From contig CAVXPZ010000003.1 in NCBI GenBank assembly GCA_963763775.1, forward strand, positions 768,001 to 832,000: a stretch of DNA of 64,000 nucleotides, given 5' to 3'. The stretch is from an uncultured Chloroflexia bacterium (GTDB taxonomy: Bacteria; Chloroflexota; Limnocylindria; Limnocylindrales; CSP1-4). The position numbers were made by a program, and so were the translations under genes. The notes under the pieces are model-generated. The model did not search any database. It worked only from the letters and a program-made list of their open reading frames with translations, and was not told the DNA's origin. Shown here piece by piece: positions 1-10,541 of this stretch (position 1 is the stretch's first letter; the number at the start of each line of letters is the position of its first letter).

Positions 1-323
1 ATCGGCTGGCCGGCCGCCTGGAGCTCCGCGCGAAGACTCGGGTACAGCGACCGAGCCCAGGTGCCCGCCTCGTGCATGACCCCGAGGCCGTGAGTGAACC
101 GCGAGTGCTCGGCGGTGGGGAAGACCCAGCGAGCGCTCTGGAGCTGGCTGATCCGCCGGAGTCGCTGGACCCACGCGGTGTCCAGCAGGTCCTGTTCGGC
201 GACGTCTTCGTCGGCGAGCCCGGCCGCAGCGGACTCGGCGGCGGTGAGGCGCTTCGTGAGGTCGATGTACCCGTGGATCGGGTCCGAGATCAGGTTGACC
301 GCGATGAAGCGCCGCGTGCGCAC
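1..323 (-). CDS. HD-domain phosphohydrolase (COG1078/YdhJ, SAMHD1-like), 5' part; runs off window
   Basis: My translation from GTG at 323: VRTRRFIAVNLISDPIHGYIDL...LLDTAWVQRLRRISQLQSARWVFPTAEHSRFTHGLGVMH, the family signature (DPxHG, QRLRRIxQL, HSRFxHxLG). Not in the ORF track. Confidence 0.85.
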   Translation of the reverse strand, partial: MRTRRFIAVNLISDPIHGYIDLTKRLTAAESAAAGLADEDVAEQDLLDTAWVQRLRRISQLQSARWVFPTAEHSRFTHGLGVMHEAGTWARSLYPSLRAELQAAGQP

Positions 324-327
324 CGGG

Positions 328-1101
328 TCAGGGGACCCGTAACCGCAGTTCCGGGGACCAGCTGCCGATGTTGCCGGCCCGGTCCCGGGCGCGGACACGC
401 AGGCCATAGGTGTGCCCGCCCGAAAGACCGCCCCACGCTCTCGACGTGGCTGTGGTGTTCCGCGCGACGGTCCGCCACGGACCCGACCCGACGCGGGTCT
501 GGACGTCGAACGATCTCAGCCCGGCAGTGTGCGTCTGGAGGACCGGATCCGACCCATGCCACGACCATCTGGCCTGGCTGCCGTTGGTCGAGAGCCCGTC
601 GATCTTGGCCCCGGGTTTCGTCATGTCCCGCGATTCGGTGAAGATCAGCGAGCCGAACGTCTTGTTGCCGCTGGCGCGATACGCGAGCCCGACGCCGATG
701 TAGTTGTAGGTCGGGCTGAGGATCAACTTCCAGTGCATCGGACTCGCCTTCCACATCCGGAAGAGGTCGCTGATGGCGGCCTGTCCGCGGCGTGTCCTCG
801 TGTACCCGATGTCCTCGCCATACCCGTACCACGGCACGTTCCTGGCCTTGAGCTGGGACGCGATGCTGCCCGCCACGGAATGGCTCAGGACGTTCGTCGA
901 GGCCATCCGCGCGGCACGGTACCCGGCGATCGCCCACGGTCCGGAGGCGTAGCGCAAGGGCTTCAGTCCGTGCTCCGTTCGAGCCCCGTTGATCATGTCC
1001 ATGAGGTCACGTTCGAGGTCGAAATTGGAGGTCGCCGCCTGGGCGGGATGGGCCGAGACGGTCAGGGCAAGGACGGCCAACAGGCCTGCGAGCACTTTCA
1101 T
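328..1101 (-). CDS. Secreted CAP/SCP-domain protein with C-terminal FN3-like domain
   Basis: Signal peptide; INGAR..HGL, GEDIG, WKASPMHWKLIL, IGVG motifs; YGLRVRARDRAGN..WS tail. TACCAT -10 six nt upstream. Confidence 0.85.
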   Translation of the reverse strand: MKVLAGLLAVLALTVSAHPAQAATSNFDLERDLMDMINGARTEHGLKPLRYASGPWAIAGYRAARMASTNVLSHSVAGSIASQLKARNVPWYGYGEDIGYTRTRRGQAAISDLFRMWKASPMHWKLILSPTYNYIGVGLAYRASGNKTFGSLIFTESRDMTKPGAKIDGLSTNGSQARWSWHGSDPVLQTHTAGLRSFDVQTRVGSGPWRTVARNTTATSRAWGGLSGGHTYGLRVRARDRAGNIGSWSPELRLRVP

Positions 1102-2100
1102 CTAGGGATGGTAACGGCTCGCGGCCCTTCTGTGTGTGGCCCCCACATCCGCCCGGAGACCGGGCGGTTCGAGGACCTCGACATCGTCGCCCCAGGACAG
1201 GATCCAGAGCCGGATCTCGATGGTCCCGGCGACCGTCGCACGCCATCGGAGGGACCCGTCGGGCTCGGTCGAGACCGCCTGCGTCGGGTGCCAGACCGTC
1301 TCGCTGACGCGTGCCGCGACCCCTGGCGTGAAGCGCAGGACGATGTCGGTCGCGGGCTGGTCCGCGATGATGTCCCACGCTCGGCGCAGCTCCGCGGTGG
1401 TCCCTGCGGGGTCCGGCGCATCGAACGACTGCGGCGTCAGCGACACCGATTCGATGCGCTCGATCTTGAACGTCCGGATCGCCTCGCGCTCCTCGTCGAA
1501 CCCGATCAGGTAGAGCGCGTGCGTCTGCAGCGACGGCTCGATGAGGTACGGCCGGACCGTCGCCTTGCGCGGCTTCGCCCCACCCTCGTACCGGGCCGGC
1601 CGGTAGTGGATGGTCACGACGCGGCGCTCCGCCCAGGCCTTGGTCAGCAGCCGGACATGTCCGGCGAAATCGGGGTCCCGAGGCGCCATCGTCATGACGT
1701 CGAGCGTCCGCTCGACGTACTCCGCGAGGGCCGGTGGCAGGCCCACCGCCAGCTTCTCGAAGGCGGCCGCGAGGTCGGGGTCGTACTTGTCCGCGTAGCG
1801 GACCATCAGGCGGGCGGACAGGACCACGGCCATGGCCTCGGCCTGGGTCAGCTTGAGCGGTGGGAGGAACGCCTTCTCCTGGTCGATGCCCCAGCGGCCG
1901 CCGTCGGCCCAGACGGGGACGATCTCCTCGTCGATGGCCTTGAGGTCGCGGTACACGGTCCGCACCGACATCCCCACCCGCTCGGCCAGCTCGGCCGTGC
2001 GCATGCCGTCCGGGTGCGCCTGGAGGAGGCCCATCAGCCGGGTCATGCGGGCGAGGCGGTCGCGCTTGGCGCCGTGCCGCTCGGACTCGTCGTGGGTCAT
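1102..2100 (-). CDS. HTH-WYL-WCX transcriptional regulator (YafY/PafBC-like)
   Basis: ELAERVGMSVRTVYRDL HTH; VRPY..LYLIGFD..RTFKIERI WYL; WILSWGDDVEVLEPPGLR WCX. ATG at 2100 overlaps the upstream stop (ATGA). Confidence 0.92.
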   Translation of the reverse strand: MTHDESERHGAKRDRLARMTRLMGLLQAHPDGMRTAELAERVGMSVRTVYRDLKAIDEEIVPVWADGGRWGIDQEKAFLPPLKLTQAEAMAVVLSARLMVRYADKYDPDLAAAFEKLAVGLPPALAEYVERTLDVMTMAPRDPDFAGHVRLLTKAWAERRVVTIHYRPARYEGGAKPRKATVRPYLIEPSLQTHALYLIGFDEEREAIRTFKIERIESVSLTPQSFDAPDPAGTTAELRRAWDIIADQPATDIVLRFTPGVAARVSETVWHPTQAVSTEPDGSLRWRATVAGTIEIRLWILSWGDDVEVLEPPGLRADVGATHRRAASRYHP

Positions 2101-3350
2101 GACGCCGGAGGATAGACGGTCAGGGCGCGGTCCCGTTCCGTCGCCGCGAGCCGGACCTGGATCTCGGCCGTCAGCCCGTCCGGGTCGATGCCCGACGCCT
2201 CGCCGCTCGCGCTCCCGATGACCTGGCCGAGCTGGCCGTCCATGAAGACCCAGTAGTCGAGCTGCCCGCGCCAGCGGTGGAGGTCCGCGTCGCCGACCAG
2301 CAGGCGGACCTGGGGGAACGCGGACTGGAACGTCTTGCCGTCGACCGCGACCCGGCACCGACGCGCCCGGGCCCCCTCGATCACGTCCACCCCGCGATCC
2401 TCGGCGGTCGCCCGGTTCCCGGCGGTGAGGGCGGTGGCGAGCACCTGCATGTCGATGGACTCGTCGGTCACCCGCGTCGGGTCGGTTCGCGCCCACGGTC
2501 GACCCGGGTCGCGCCACCACGTGCTCTCGCCGATCCGGGCGGCGCCGGCCTGCCCGAGCCGCTCGTCCGTGGCGACGTACGCCGACCAGCGGAAGTCGTC
2601 ACCGGAGCGGACCCCGCCGCCCTGCACGCTGCCGATCGGTCGCAGATCCATGGAGCCGGTGAGATCGATGTCGAGCGCGGCGTCCGGGCCGGCGGCGAGT
2701 GGACCGTCGCACAGGGGCGGTTCGCCCGCCGGGTCGGTCGGCCCGAAGCGGGACGACGCGGGGACCGTCCCGCGCACGGCCAGCTCGTTGGCGACGGCCG
2801 CGCCGGTGAACAGGAGCGCCGACCCGACGGTCAGCAGGACGGCGATGAACGCCCCGTCGACGAACCGCCGGCGTCGCAGGGCCGTCGCGCCGCGTAGCCG
2901 CCGGCTGATGCCGAGGCCGCTGAACAGGCTGGTCGCCAGCAGCGCCAGGATCCAGGGGTAGGCCGCCTCGAGCGACGGCAGCAGGGTCTGCGAGCCAAGG
3001 GCCTGGAGCTGCTGGATCAGCCCGGTGATGGAGGGCAGGAGACACAGCAGGGCGCCGATCCCGAGCCAGATCATCGCGGCGAACGCGTGGCTCCCGCGCG
3101 TGACCGGCGGCCACACCGTGCCCGCCACCGCGATGAGGATCGGGATCGCCATCGTCAGCCCGACGAGGACGTCGAGCGGGCCGCCGGGTCGGTAGGCGAG
3201 GAGCACGAGGCCGAACGCGACCGTCCAGCCCGCCACGAGGGCCGTACCGACCAACCGCAACTCGAACCGCCGGACCCGCACGCTCGCGAGTCTACCGGCC
3301 AGGCCGGGCACCGGCGCCCGGTGCGTCGACGCAAGTACCGGGGCACCCAT
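2097..3350 (-). CDS. Multi-pass membrane protein with extracytoplasmic C-terminal domain
   Basis: About five hydrophobic helices then a soluble domain; start uncertain. Confidence 0.65.
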   Translation of the reverse strand: MGAPVLASTHRAPVPGLAGRLASVRVRRFELRLVGTALVAGWTVAFGLVLLAYRPGGPLDVLVGLTMAIPILIAVAGTVWPPVTRGSHAFAAMIWLGIGALLCLLPSITGLIQQLQALGSQTLLPSLEAAYPWILALLATSLFSGLGISRRLRGATALRRRRFVDGAFIAVLLTVGSALLFTGAAVANELAVRGTVPASSRFGPTDPAGEPPLCDGPLAAGPDAALDIDLTGSMDLRPIGSVQGGGVRSGDDFRWSAYVATDERLGQAGAARIGESTWWRDPGRPWARTDPTRVTDESIDMQVLATALTAGNRATAEDRGVDVIEGARARRCRVAVDGKTFQSAFPQVRLLVGDADLHRWRGQLDYWVFMDGQLGQVIGSASGEASGIDPDGLTAEIQVRLAATERDRALTVYPPAS

Positions 3351-3601
3351 GACCGCCGGGTCATCGCGGGTGCCGCCGTCCCGGCAGGAACATGCGCGGA
3401 CCGCACCCAAGCGGACCGTGAAACACACAGCCACGGGCACGGGGGATCGATTGCGTCATGGCCGGACAGGCACCGCGCGGATCACGGGGACACGGGCGAC
3501 CATCTCGCCGCGCCTCGTCCTGGGCGGCTCCCTCGCCGTCCGTGGCCGCGCCTGGTCCCGCCTCCACCTCGCCCAGCCGGCGGACGACACGCGAACGGCC
3601 G

Positions 3602-3814
3602 ATGACCCCCGCGACCCGGCGGACGTTTCGATCGCTGACGGCCCTCGGCATGACGCCTGAGGAAGCCGCCAACCTGACCGCCTTCCTGTGCGGCCTCCCC
3701 GTGGAAGGCACGCACTGGTCGATCCGGCAGGTCAACCAGCTCCTCTTCCTTCGCGAACTCCGACGGACCGGGCGGTTCGGCCGGATGGACGGGCGGTCAG
3801 CCCGCCCGCACTGA
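3602..3814 (+). CDS. Small hypothetical protein (~70 aa; may extend upstream)
   Basis: MTPATRRTFRSLTALGMTPEEAANLTAFLCGLP..WSIRQVNQLLFLREL, protein-like composition and codon usage. Confidence 0.55.
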   Translation: MTPATRRTFRSLTALGMTPEEAANLTAFLCGLPVEGTHWSIRQVNQLLFLRELRRTGRFGRMDGRSARPH

Positions 3815-3829
3815 CCCTTCGTATCGACC

Positions 3830-3912
3830 GGCCCCGACGGCGAATCCCTCCTCCCGTCGTCAGGGCCACTCCGTCGAAGCGGCGCCGAGCCTCCTCCCGG
3901 CGCCGCTTCGGC
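3830..3912 (+). ncRNA. Two hairpins with CCUCCUCCC loops (cuckoo-like / anti-SD RNA candidate)
   Basis: Stems 3830-3842/3855-3867 and 3873-3887/3898-3912, each with CCTCCTCCC in or closing the loop. Confidence 0.55.
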
Positions 3913-4073
3913 ACGTCAGGCGCGGGCGACGGCACCGGTCACGCGCCGTGGGCGAGACGGTGGGGTCTAGGGTGGTTTAGTGTTGTCGACTGAGCGCGCC
4001 CGCCGTGTCAGTCCAACGGGTCTCGGGGCCCGACTGACAGGCATCTGCCGTTCCGGCTCGAAGGAGCGGATCC

Positions 4074-4737
<664 letters not shown>

Positions 4738-4836
4738 TCCGGGCACGTCGATCAGGCCGGCCGGCGTAGCCGTCCGGCCACGCTCCTCGGCGCCGCTTCG
4801 GCGCGCCAGGGCCCGGCGCTTGGGTACCATCGGCCG

Positions 4837-5664
4837 ATGAGCCGACCCGTCATCACCTTCACCACCGATTTCGGTCCTGCTGCACCGGCCGTCTGCCGCG
4901 GCGTGATGTTCCGGATGTGCCCCGACGCCAACATCATCGATGTCAACCACCAGGTCCCGCGCTACTCCATCCGCGACGGGGCCGGGACGCTGGTGTTCGC
5001 GCTGCCGCACATGCCCGTCGGCACCCATGTGGCGGTCGTGGACCCAGGTGTCGGGACCGAACGTCTGCCCGTTGCTCTGAAGGTCGCTCGGGGCGACGTC
5101 CTCATCGGCCCGGACAACGGCTTGCTGATCGCGGCCGCGGACGCGCTCGGCGGGGTCGTGGAGGCGCGGGCCATCGAGAACCGTGACCTGATGCTCCCGG
5201 TCGTCACCTCGAGCTTCCATGGGCGCGACATCTTCGCGCCCGTCGCCGGTCACCTCGCCGCCGGGGCGCCGTACGAATCGGTGGGGCCGACGATCGCCAT
5301 CGACGGCCTCACCCGGCTGCCCGAGGTCCGCCCTGTGATCGGCGACGGCGTCCTGGACACGACCATCGTCCACGTCCTGATCTACGGCAACGTGACGTTC
5401 GCCGGGACGCCGGCCGACCTCGAGGCCGCGATCGGCCCGCTGGTCGCCGGACGACCACTCCTGCTCGAGTTCGCGCCGCACGGGTCATCGCCGGCCATCG
5501 TCGAGCGGACGATCTGGGAACGGACCTTCGGCCAGGTGCCGCTCGGCGCGTCGCTGCTGATGGCCGATTCGGAGGGGCATCTGTCGCTCGCCGACAACCA
5601 GGGCGATGCCGCCAAACGCCTCGGTCTCGCCCTGGACCGACCCGTCCGGATCCGGCCGGCCTGA
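4837..5664 (+). CDS. SAM hydrolase / SAM-dependent halidase family (DUF62), paralog 1
   Basis: TTDFG, VVDPGVG, GPDNG, SSFHGRDIFAP motifs. Confidence 0.92.
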   Translation: MSRPVITFTTDFGPAAPAVCRGVMFRMCPDANIIDVNHQVPRYSIRDGAGTLVFALPHMPVGTHVAVVDPGVGTERLPVALKVARGDVLIGPDNGLLIAAADALGGVVEARAIENRDLMLPVVTSSFHGRDIFAPVAGHLAAGAPYESVGPTIAIDGLTRLPEVRPVIGDGVLDTTIVHVLIYGNVTFAGTPADLEAAIGPLVAGRPLLLEFAPHGSSPAIVERTIWERTFGQVPLGASLLMADSEGHLSLADNQGDAAKRLGLALDRPVRIRPA

Positions 5665-5669
5665 CCCGG

Positions 5670-6497
5670 ATGGCCGGGCCGTTCATCTCGTTCCTGACCG
5701 ACTTCGGCGGCGCGTTCGCCCCGGCCATCTGCCGGGGCGTCCTCTGGTCGATCGCGCCGGACGCGCGGATCCTCGATCTCACGCATGCCGTGCGGCCGTT
5801 CGCGGTCCGCGACGGGGCGTTCCTGCTGTCGCAGGCCGTCGGGTACCTGCCGGTCGGGGTGCACCTGGCCGTCGTCGACCCCGGTGTCGGGACGGCGCGG
5901 CGGCCCATCGCCATCCGGACCGTCCGCGGGGACCATCTGGTCGGGCCGGACAACGGGCTGCTCCGCCCGGCAGCCGAGGTGCTCGGCGGTATCGACGAGG
6001 CCCGCGAGCTGACCAACGACGACCTGTTCCTGCCCCGGGTCTCCAGCACGTTCCACGGCCGCGACCTGTTCGCCCCCGTCGCGGCGCACCTCGCGATGGG
6101 CGTGCCGTTCGAGTCGGTCGGCCCGACCGTGGACCCGGCCTCGCTCGCGGCGCTGGTCCTGCCGGTCCCGGCGGTGCGCGACGGCGGTCTCGACTCGGCG
6201 GTGCTGTTGATCGACCCGTTCGGGAACACCCGGATCGCCGGGCAGCGCGAGGACCTCGAGCGGGTCACCGGGCCGCTCGCGCCGGGGCGGCCGCTGCGGC
6301 TGGCCTTCGCGAACGGGACGACCGTCGAGATGCCGTGGGCGACGACCTTCGGCGAGCGGGCCGTCGGCGAGGCGATGGTCTTCCTCGACGCGGAGAACGA
6401 GGGCCTTGGGATCGCGGTGAACCAGGGGTCGGCCGCGGCGCGGTTCGGGCTCGCGCCGGACGACGTCGTCCGCATCGAGCCGGTCGACCGCCCGTGA
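5670..6497 (+). CDS. SAM hydrolase / SAM-dependent halidase family (DUF62), paralog 2
   Basis: LTDFG, VVDPGVG, GPDNG, STFHGRDLFAP, IDPFGN, AVNQG. Confidence 0.93.
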   Translation: MAGPFISFLTDFGGAFAPAICRGVLWSIAPDARILDLTHAVRPFAVRDGAFLLSQAVGYLPVGVHLAVVDPGVGTARRPIAIRTVRGDHLVGPDNGLLRPAAEVLGGIDEARELTNDDLFLPRVSSTFHGRDLFAPVAAHLAMGVPFESVGPTVDPASLAALVLPVPAVRDGGLDSAVLLIDPFGNTRIAGQREDLERVTGPLAPGRPLRLAFANGTTVEMPWATTFGERAVGEAMVFLDAENEGLGIAVNQGSAAARFGLAPDDVVRIEPVDRP

Positions 6498-8272
6498 CCG
6501 AGGTGACGACGTCGGCCGATCCGTCGGCGCCAGCGACGACGGCCCCATCCGATCCGCCGACGGCGACCGTGCCGCTCGTCGAGGTCAGCGGGCTCACGTT
6601 CCGCTATCGGCGCGCCACCGAGCCGGCGATCCGCGACGTCTCGATCACCGTCCACCCGGGCGAGGTCATCCTGGTCGCCGGTCCCTCGGGCTGCGGCAAG
6701 AGCACGCTCATCCGGGCGATCAACGGCCTGATCCCGCACGCGTACCCGGGCGAGATCTCGGGCGAGGTCCGCGTCGCCGGCGAGCTGACCGGGGACATCA
6801 AGCTTCGCGATATCGCGCGGACGATCGGGACCGTGCTCCAGGACCCGGCGAAGCAGATCGTCGGTGCGACCGTCGAGTCCGAGCTCGCGTTCGGTCCGGA
6901 GAACATGGGTGTCCCGCGGGCCGAGATGCGGGAGCGGATCGACCAGGTCGCGGCACGGGCCGGGATCGAGCCGCTGCTCGGTCGCGAGACCCACGCGCTG
7001 TCGGGTGGCGAGCGACAGCTGCTGGCCGTCGCGGGGATCCTGATGATGCAGCCGCGGCTGTACGTGGTCGATGAGCCGTTGGCGAACCTTGATCCGGTGA
7101 CCGCGGAGCGCCTGCTGCAGCTGCTCCGGGCCCTCGCCGACGGCGGCGACGCGGTCCTCATCGTCGAGCATCGGGTCGAGGAAGCGCTCGACCTGCGGCC
7201 CGACCGCGTCCTCTACCTCGAAGAGGGCCGGACCCGCTATCTCGGCGCCGTCGAAGGGTTCCTCGCCATCGCCGACCCGCGGGCCGTCAAGCTGCCATTC
7301 GACGTCATCCTCCAGCACGTCCGCGACCATCCCGAAAGCGCCAGCGACACCGAGCCGTCGGTGGCGCCGACAGCCGTGTCGACCGATCCCTCATCCATGT
7401 CTCTGAGTCGCCTCGAATTCCGAGACGTCCATGCCGCGATCGACGATCACGAGATCCTGCGTGGCGTCGATGCGCGCCTCGGCGCCGATGAGGTCGTCGC
7501 GATCCTCGGTCCGAACGGCTCCGGCAAGACGACCTTGTTCCGGACGGCGATGCGGCTGCTCGGCGTGACGGCCGGGACCATCCTCATCGACGAAACGCCG
7601 TTGGGCGACCGAAAGACCGCGCAGCTCGCGACCGAGTTCGGCTACGTCTTCCAGAGCCCGAGCCAGATGCTGTTCTCGCGGACGGTCGAGGAGGAGGTCC
7701 TCTTCGGGCCTCGGAATCTCAAGCGCGATCCGACGACGTTCGAGGCGCTCCTCGCCGACTGCCTGCAGCGGACGTCGCTGGATGCGGTCGAGGACATCCG
7801 CGAACGACCGCCGCTGGCGCTGTCGTTCGGCCAGCAGAAGCGCCTCGCGCTGGCCATCGCGCTCGCCCTCCGCCCGCCGACCCTCATCCTCGACGAGCCG
7901 TCGGCCGGCCAGGATCATCAGACGGCCAACGCCTTCATGCGGGCGGTCGTCGCGATCCCCGGGCTTCGCAGCCTGTATCTCGTGACCCACGACGTCGACC
8001 TTGCATTGACGTATGCAGACCGTATCCTCTTGTTCAGGGACGGCCGGGTCGTGGCCGACGGTCCCCCGATCGATGTGATCGCGGATGCAGATCGCTGGCG
8101 CGCCTGCAACCTTCGATCCACATCGCTCATGCAGGCCAACCTTCGGTATGGCGTACCGCAGGAGGGATTCCTGGATGCCGAGACACTCGCACGCCGGATC
8201 ATCGCCCTTGGTCCGGATGCGCGCCGGCGATCGGAAGGAGGCCCGGGCGAGGAGCTATTGACCGAGCACTGA
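6494..8272 (+). CDS. ECF transporter duplicated ATPase (A-A' fusion)
   Basis: Two Walker A (GPSGCGKST, GPNGSGKTT), LSGGE and LSFGQ signatures; GTG start overlaps the upstream TGA. Confidence 0.92.
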   Translation: MTEVTTSADPSAPATTAPSDPPTATVPLVEVSGLTFRYRRATEPAIRDVSITVHPGEVILVAGPSGCGKSTLIRAINGLIPHAYPGEISGEVRVAGELTGDIKLRDIARTIGTVLQDPAKQIVGATVESELAFGPENMGVPRAEMRERIDQVAARAGIEPLLGRETHALSGGERQLLAVAGILMMQPRLYVVDEPLANLDPVTAERLLQLLRALADGGDAVLIVEHRVEEALDLRPDRVLYLEEGRTRYLGAVEGFLAIADPRAVKLPFDVILQHVRDHPESASDTEPSVAPTAVSTDPSSMSLSRLEFRDVHAAIDDHEILRGVDARLGADEVVAILGPNGSGKTTLFRTAMRLLGVTAGTILIDETPLGDRKTAQLATEFGYVFQSPSQMLFSRTVEEEVLFGPRNLKRDPTTFEALLADCLQRTSLDAVEDIRERPPLALSFGQQKRLALAIALALRPPTLILDEPSAGQDHQTANAFMRAVVAIPGLRSLYLVTHDVDLALTYADRILLFRDGRVVADGPPIDVIADADRWRACNLRSTSLMQANLRYGVPQEGFLDAETLARRIIALGPDARRRSEGGPGEELLTEH

Positions 8273-8314
8273 CTCGATATCTCCTTCATCTGACATCCAT
8301 CCTCGGGAGGAAGC

Positions 8315-8889
8315 ATGTCCACCATGACCGCGCAACCCAGTCGCAATCGGCTCTGGGAAGTGACCTCGCGAACCATCGTCTATTCGCCGCCATCGGCGCG
8401 GCCCTCTACGGGATCCTGCTCGTCGCCCAGATCCCGATCCCGGGCAGTACCGTGTCCGTTCGTCCGGCCTTCGCCCTCGTGCCGTTCTTCGGCTACGCGT
8501 TCGGGCCGATCGTCGGCTTCTTCACCGGCCTCGTCGGTAACGGGATCGGCGACCAGATCTCCGGCTGGGGTGCCCTGACCTCGTGGAACTGGAGCATCGC
8601 CAACGGGCTCGTCGGCCTGATCGCCGGCCTTGCCCCGCTGTATCTCGCCAGCTGGGTCGCCGGCAACATCCGACAGCGTGCGATCGGCGGCGCCATCGCC
8701 GGCTCCATCGGCGTGGTCGTCGGCTTCCTGTTCGTCTTCACGGACATCGTGCTCAATGGCTACGACTTCGGGACGGTCCTCACGACCGAGTACCTCCCGG
8801 TCATCATCGGCGACCTGATCGGCACGATCATCCTGGTGCCGATCCTCGTCTACGCCTGGGAACCCGTGAAGGAGCGTCTCGGTCGCTGA
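8315..8889 (+). CDS. ECF transporter S component (frameshift ~8385)
   Basis: GGAGG SD; ..VTSRTIVY then shifted frame AAIGAALYG..VRPAFAL..FGPIVGFFTGLVGN..SWNWSIANG, typical UPF0397-like S component. Confidence 0.8.
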
Positions 8890-8907
8890 CCGGCGCCCTC
8901 CCCGCGC

Positions 8908-9766
8908 ATGAATATCGCTCCGCGATATCTGGGCCGAGGGTCGTGGCTTGCCCGCCGCGACCCTCGCGTCCTGATCCTCGTCATCGTCTTCTTCATCTTC
9001 ACGGTGCTGCAGGTCTGGGACGGGCGTGTCGTCTTCGCGCTCCTGCTCGTTTCGATCGGTCTACTACCGCGCCGCCGGTATCCCGTGGCGGCAGATCCGT
9101 CGGAACTGGGCGGTCGTCTTCGTGTTCATCGGCTTCCTCGTGACCGTGAACACGATCATCGCCGGCGGCGACGTCCAGGGGATCCCGGCGTCCGAGACCA
9201 ACGTCCTCTTCTACATGCCCATCTTCGGAACGCCGATCTCCGCGCAGTCGATCAGCCTCGCCGTCACCCAGCTGATGCGCTACCTCGCGATGGCCACGGT
9301 CGGCTTCCCGCTGGCCTTTGCCGTCGCGCCGGCCGACTTCGGCGTGGCGTTCCACCGGCTCGGCGTCCCGGAGAAGTTCGCCTACGGCATCGACCTGACC
9401 TTCCGGTTCCTGCCCTCGCTCGCGGCTGACCTGCAGACGACCGCGGACGCCCAACGGATCCGCGGGTTCGACTGGACCGAGGGGGCGACCGGGGTCCTCG
9501 GTCGGCTGCGACGATCCGTGCCGGTGGTGGTCCCGACCGTGATCAACGCCATCGCCGGCGCCGAGGACACCATCGATGCGATGGACCTGCGCGGGTTCGG
9601 GACCTCGCGGCGGACGTGGCTTCGGCACCTCGTCTATGAGCGGATGGACTTCCTCGTGATCGGCTTCTTCGCTGCCCTGCTCGTGATCATCACGATCCTC
9701 GGGTTCATGGGGATCACGTCAGTGCTGTGGACCCCGCCGTTCCTCATCGACCTCGCCAACCGATAG
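8908..9766 (+). CDS. ecfT: ECF transporter transmembrane T component (frameshift ~9060)
   Basis: SWLARRDPRV N-terminus; FRFLPSL, AQRIRG, AMDLRGF conserved motifs. Confidence 0.85.
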
Positions 9767-9787
9767 GCGGACGGTCCCGGGCCGCGC

Positions 9788-10539
9788 TCAACGATGCGAG
9801 GCGGGCCCGCGAGCGGCGTCGACGAAGACCGAGAACAGCCGCTCGAACGCGCGCGGCGTCGACTCCGTCCGCTCCGGATGGCATTGGACGCCGATGATGA
9901 ACCGGCCATCGGCGGCCTCGAGCCCCTCCACGATCTCGCCGGCCGGGCTGGACGCCCACGCGCTCGCGACCAGTCCCGGCGCCAGGTCGGCGGCGCGCAC
10001 CGCCTGGTGGTGGTACGAGTTGACTGAGAGCGCGCCACCACGGGCGTTCGTCGGGAAGAGGATCCGCGTCAGCCGACTCCCCGGTGCCGGGCGCAGCGGA
10101 TGGGTCGCGGCCGGCCCGTGCCCCCAGCCTGGCCCGGCGTGACCGGCGACGTCCTGCAGGAGTGTCCCGCCCGCGAAGACGTTGATCGCCTGCAGCCCGC
10201 GACAGATCCCGAGTACGGGCAGCGTTCCGGGCCATCGCCGCCGCCCACGCTTCGGCCTCCAGCGGCATCCCGATCGGGCTGGAGGTCCGTGGCGCCGGCC
10301 ACCGGCCGGCCATACCGCGCCGGATCCATGTCCGCGCCGCCACTCAGCAGCAGCCCGTCCATGGCCGCGAGTGCCGCGGCGCGAGGGCCCGCCGCGCTCG
10401 AGGCATCGAGGAGGACCGGTCGGCCGCCGGCGCGTTCGATCGCCGCCGCGTACAGCTCGTTCTTGCGCGTCGTGATGTCCGGCTCGCTGGTCGCCGCCGG
10501 GGCCGCGACGGTGACGACGATGGACGGGGTCGCCGGCAT
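9788..10539 (-). CDS. Peptidase C26 / gamma-glutamyl-gamma-aminobutyrate hydrolase family (frameshifted)
   Basis: DGLLLSGGADMDPARY, GICRGLQAINV in an alternate frame, YHHQAV, GVQCHPE. Confidence 0.82.
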
Positions 10540-10541
10540 GC

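Noticed and set aside
4837-6497. Fluorinase/chlorinase halometabolite cluster
   Set aside because: Both keep the FHGRD His typical of DUF62 hydrolases and sit with an ECF transporter, not biosynthetic genes.
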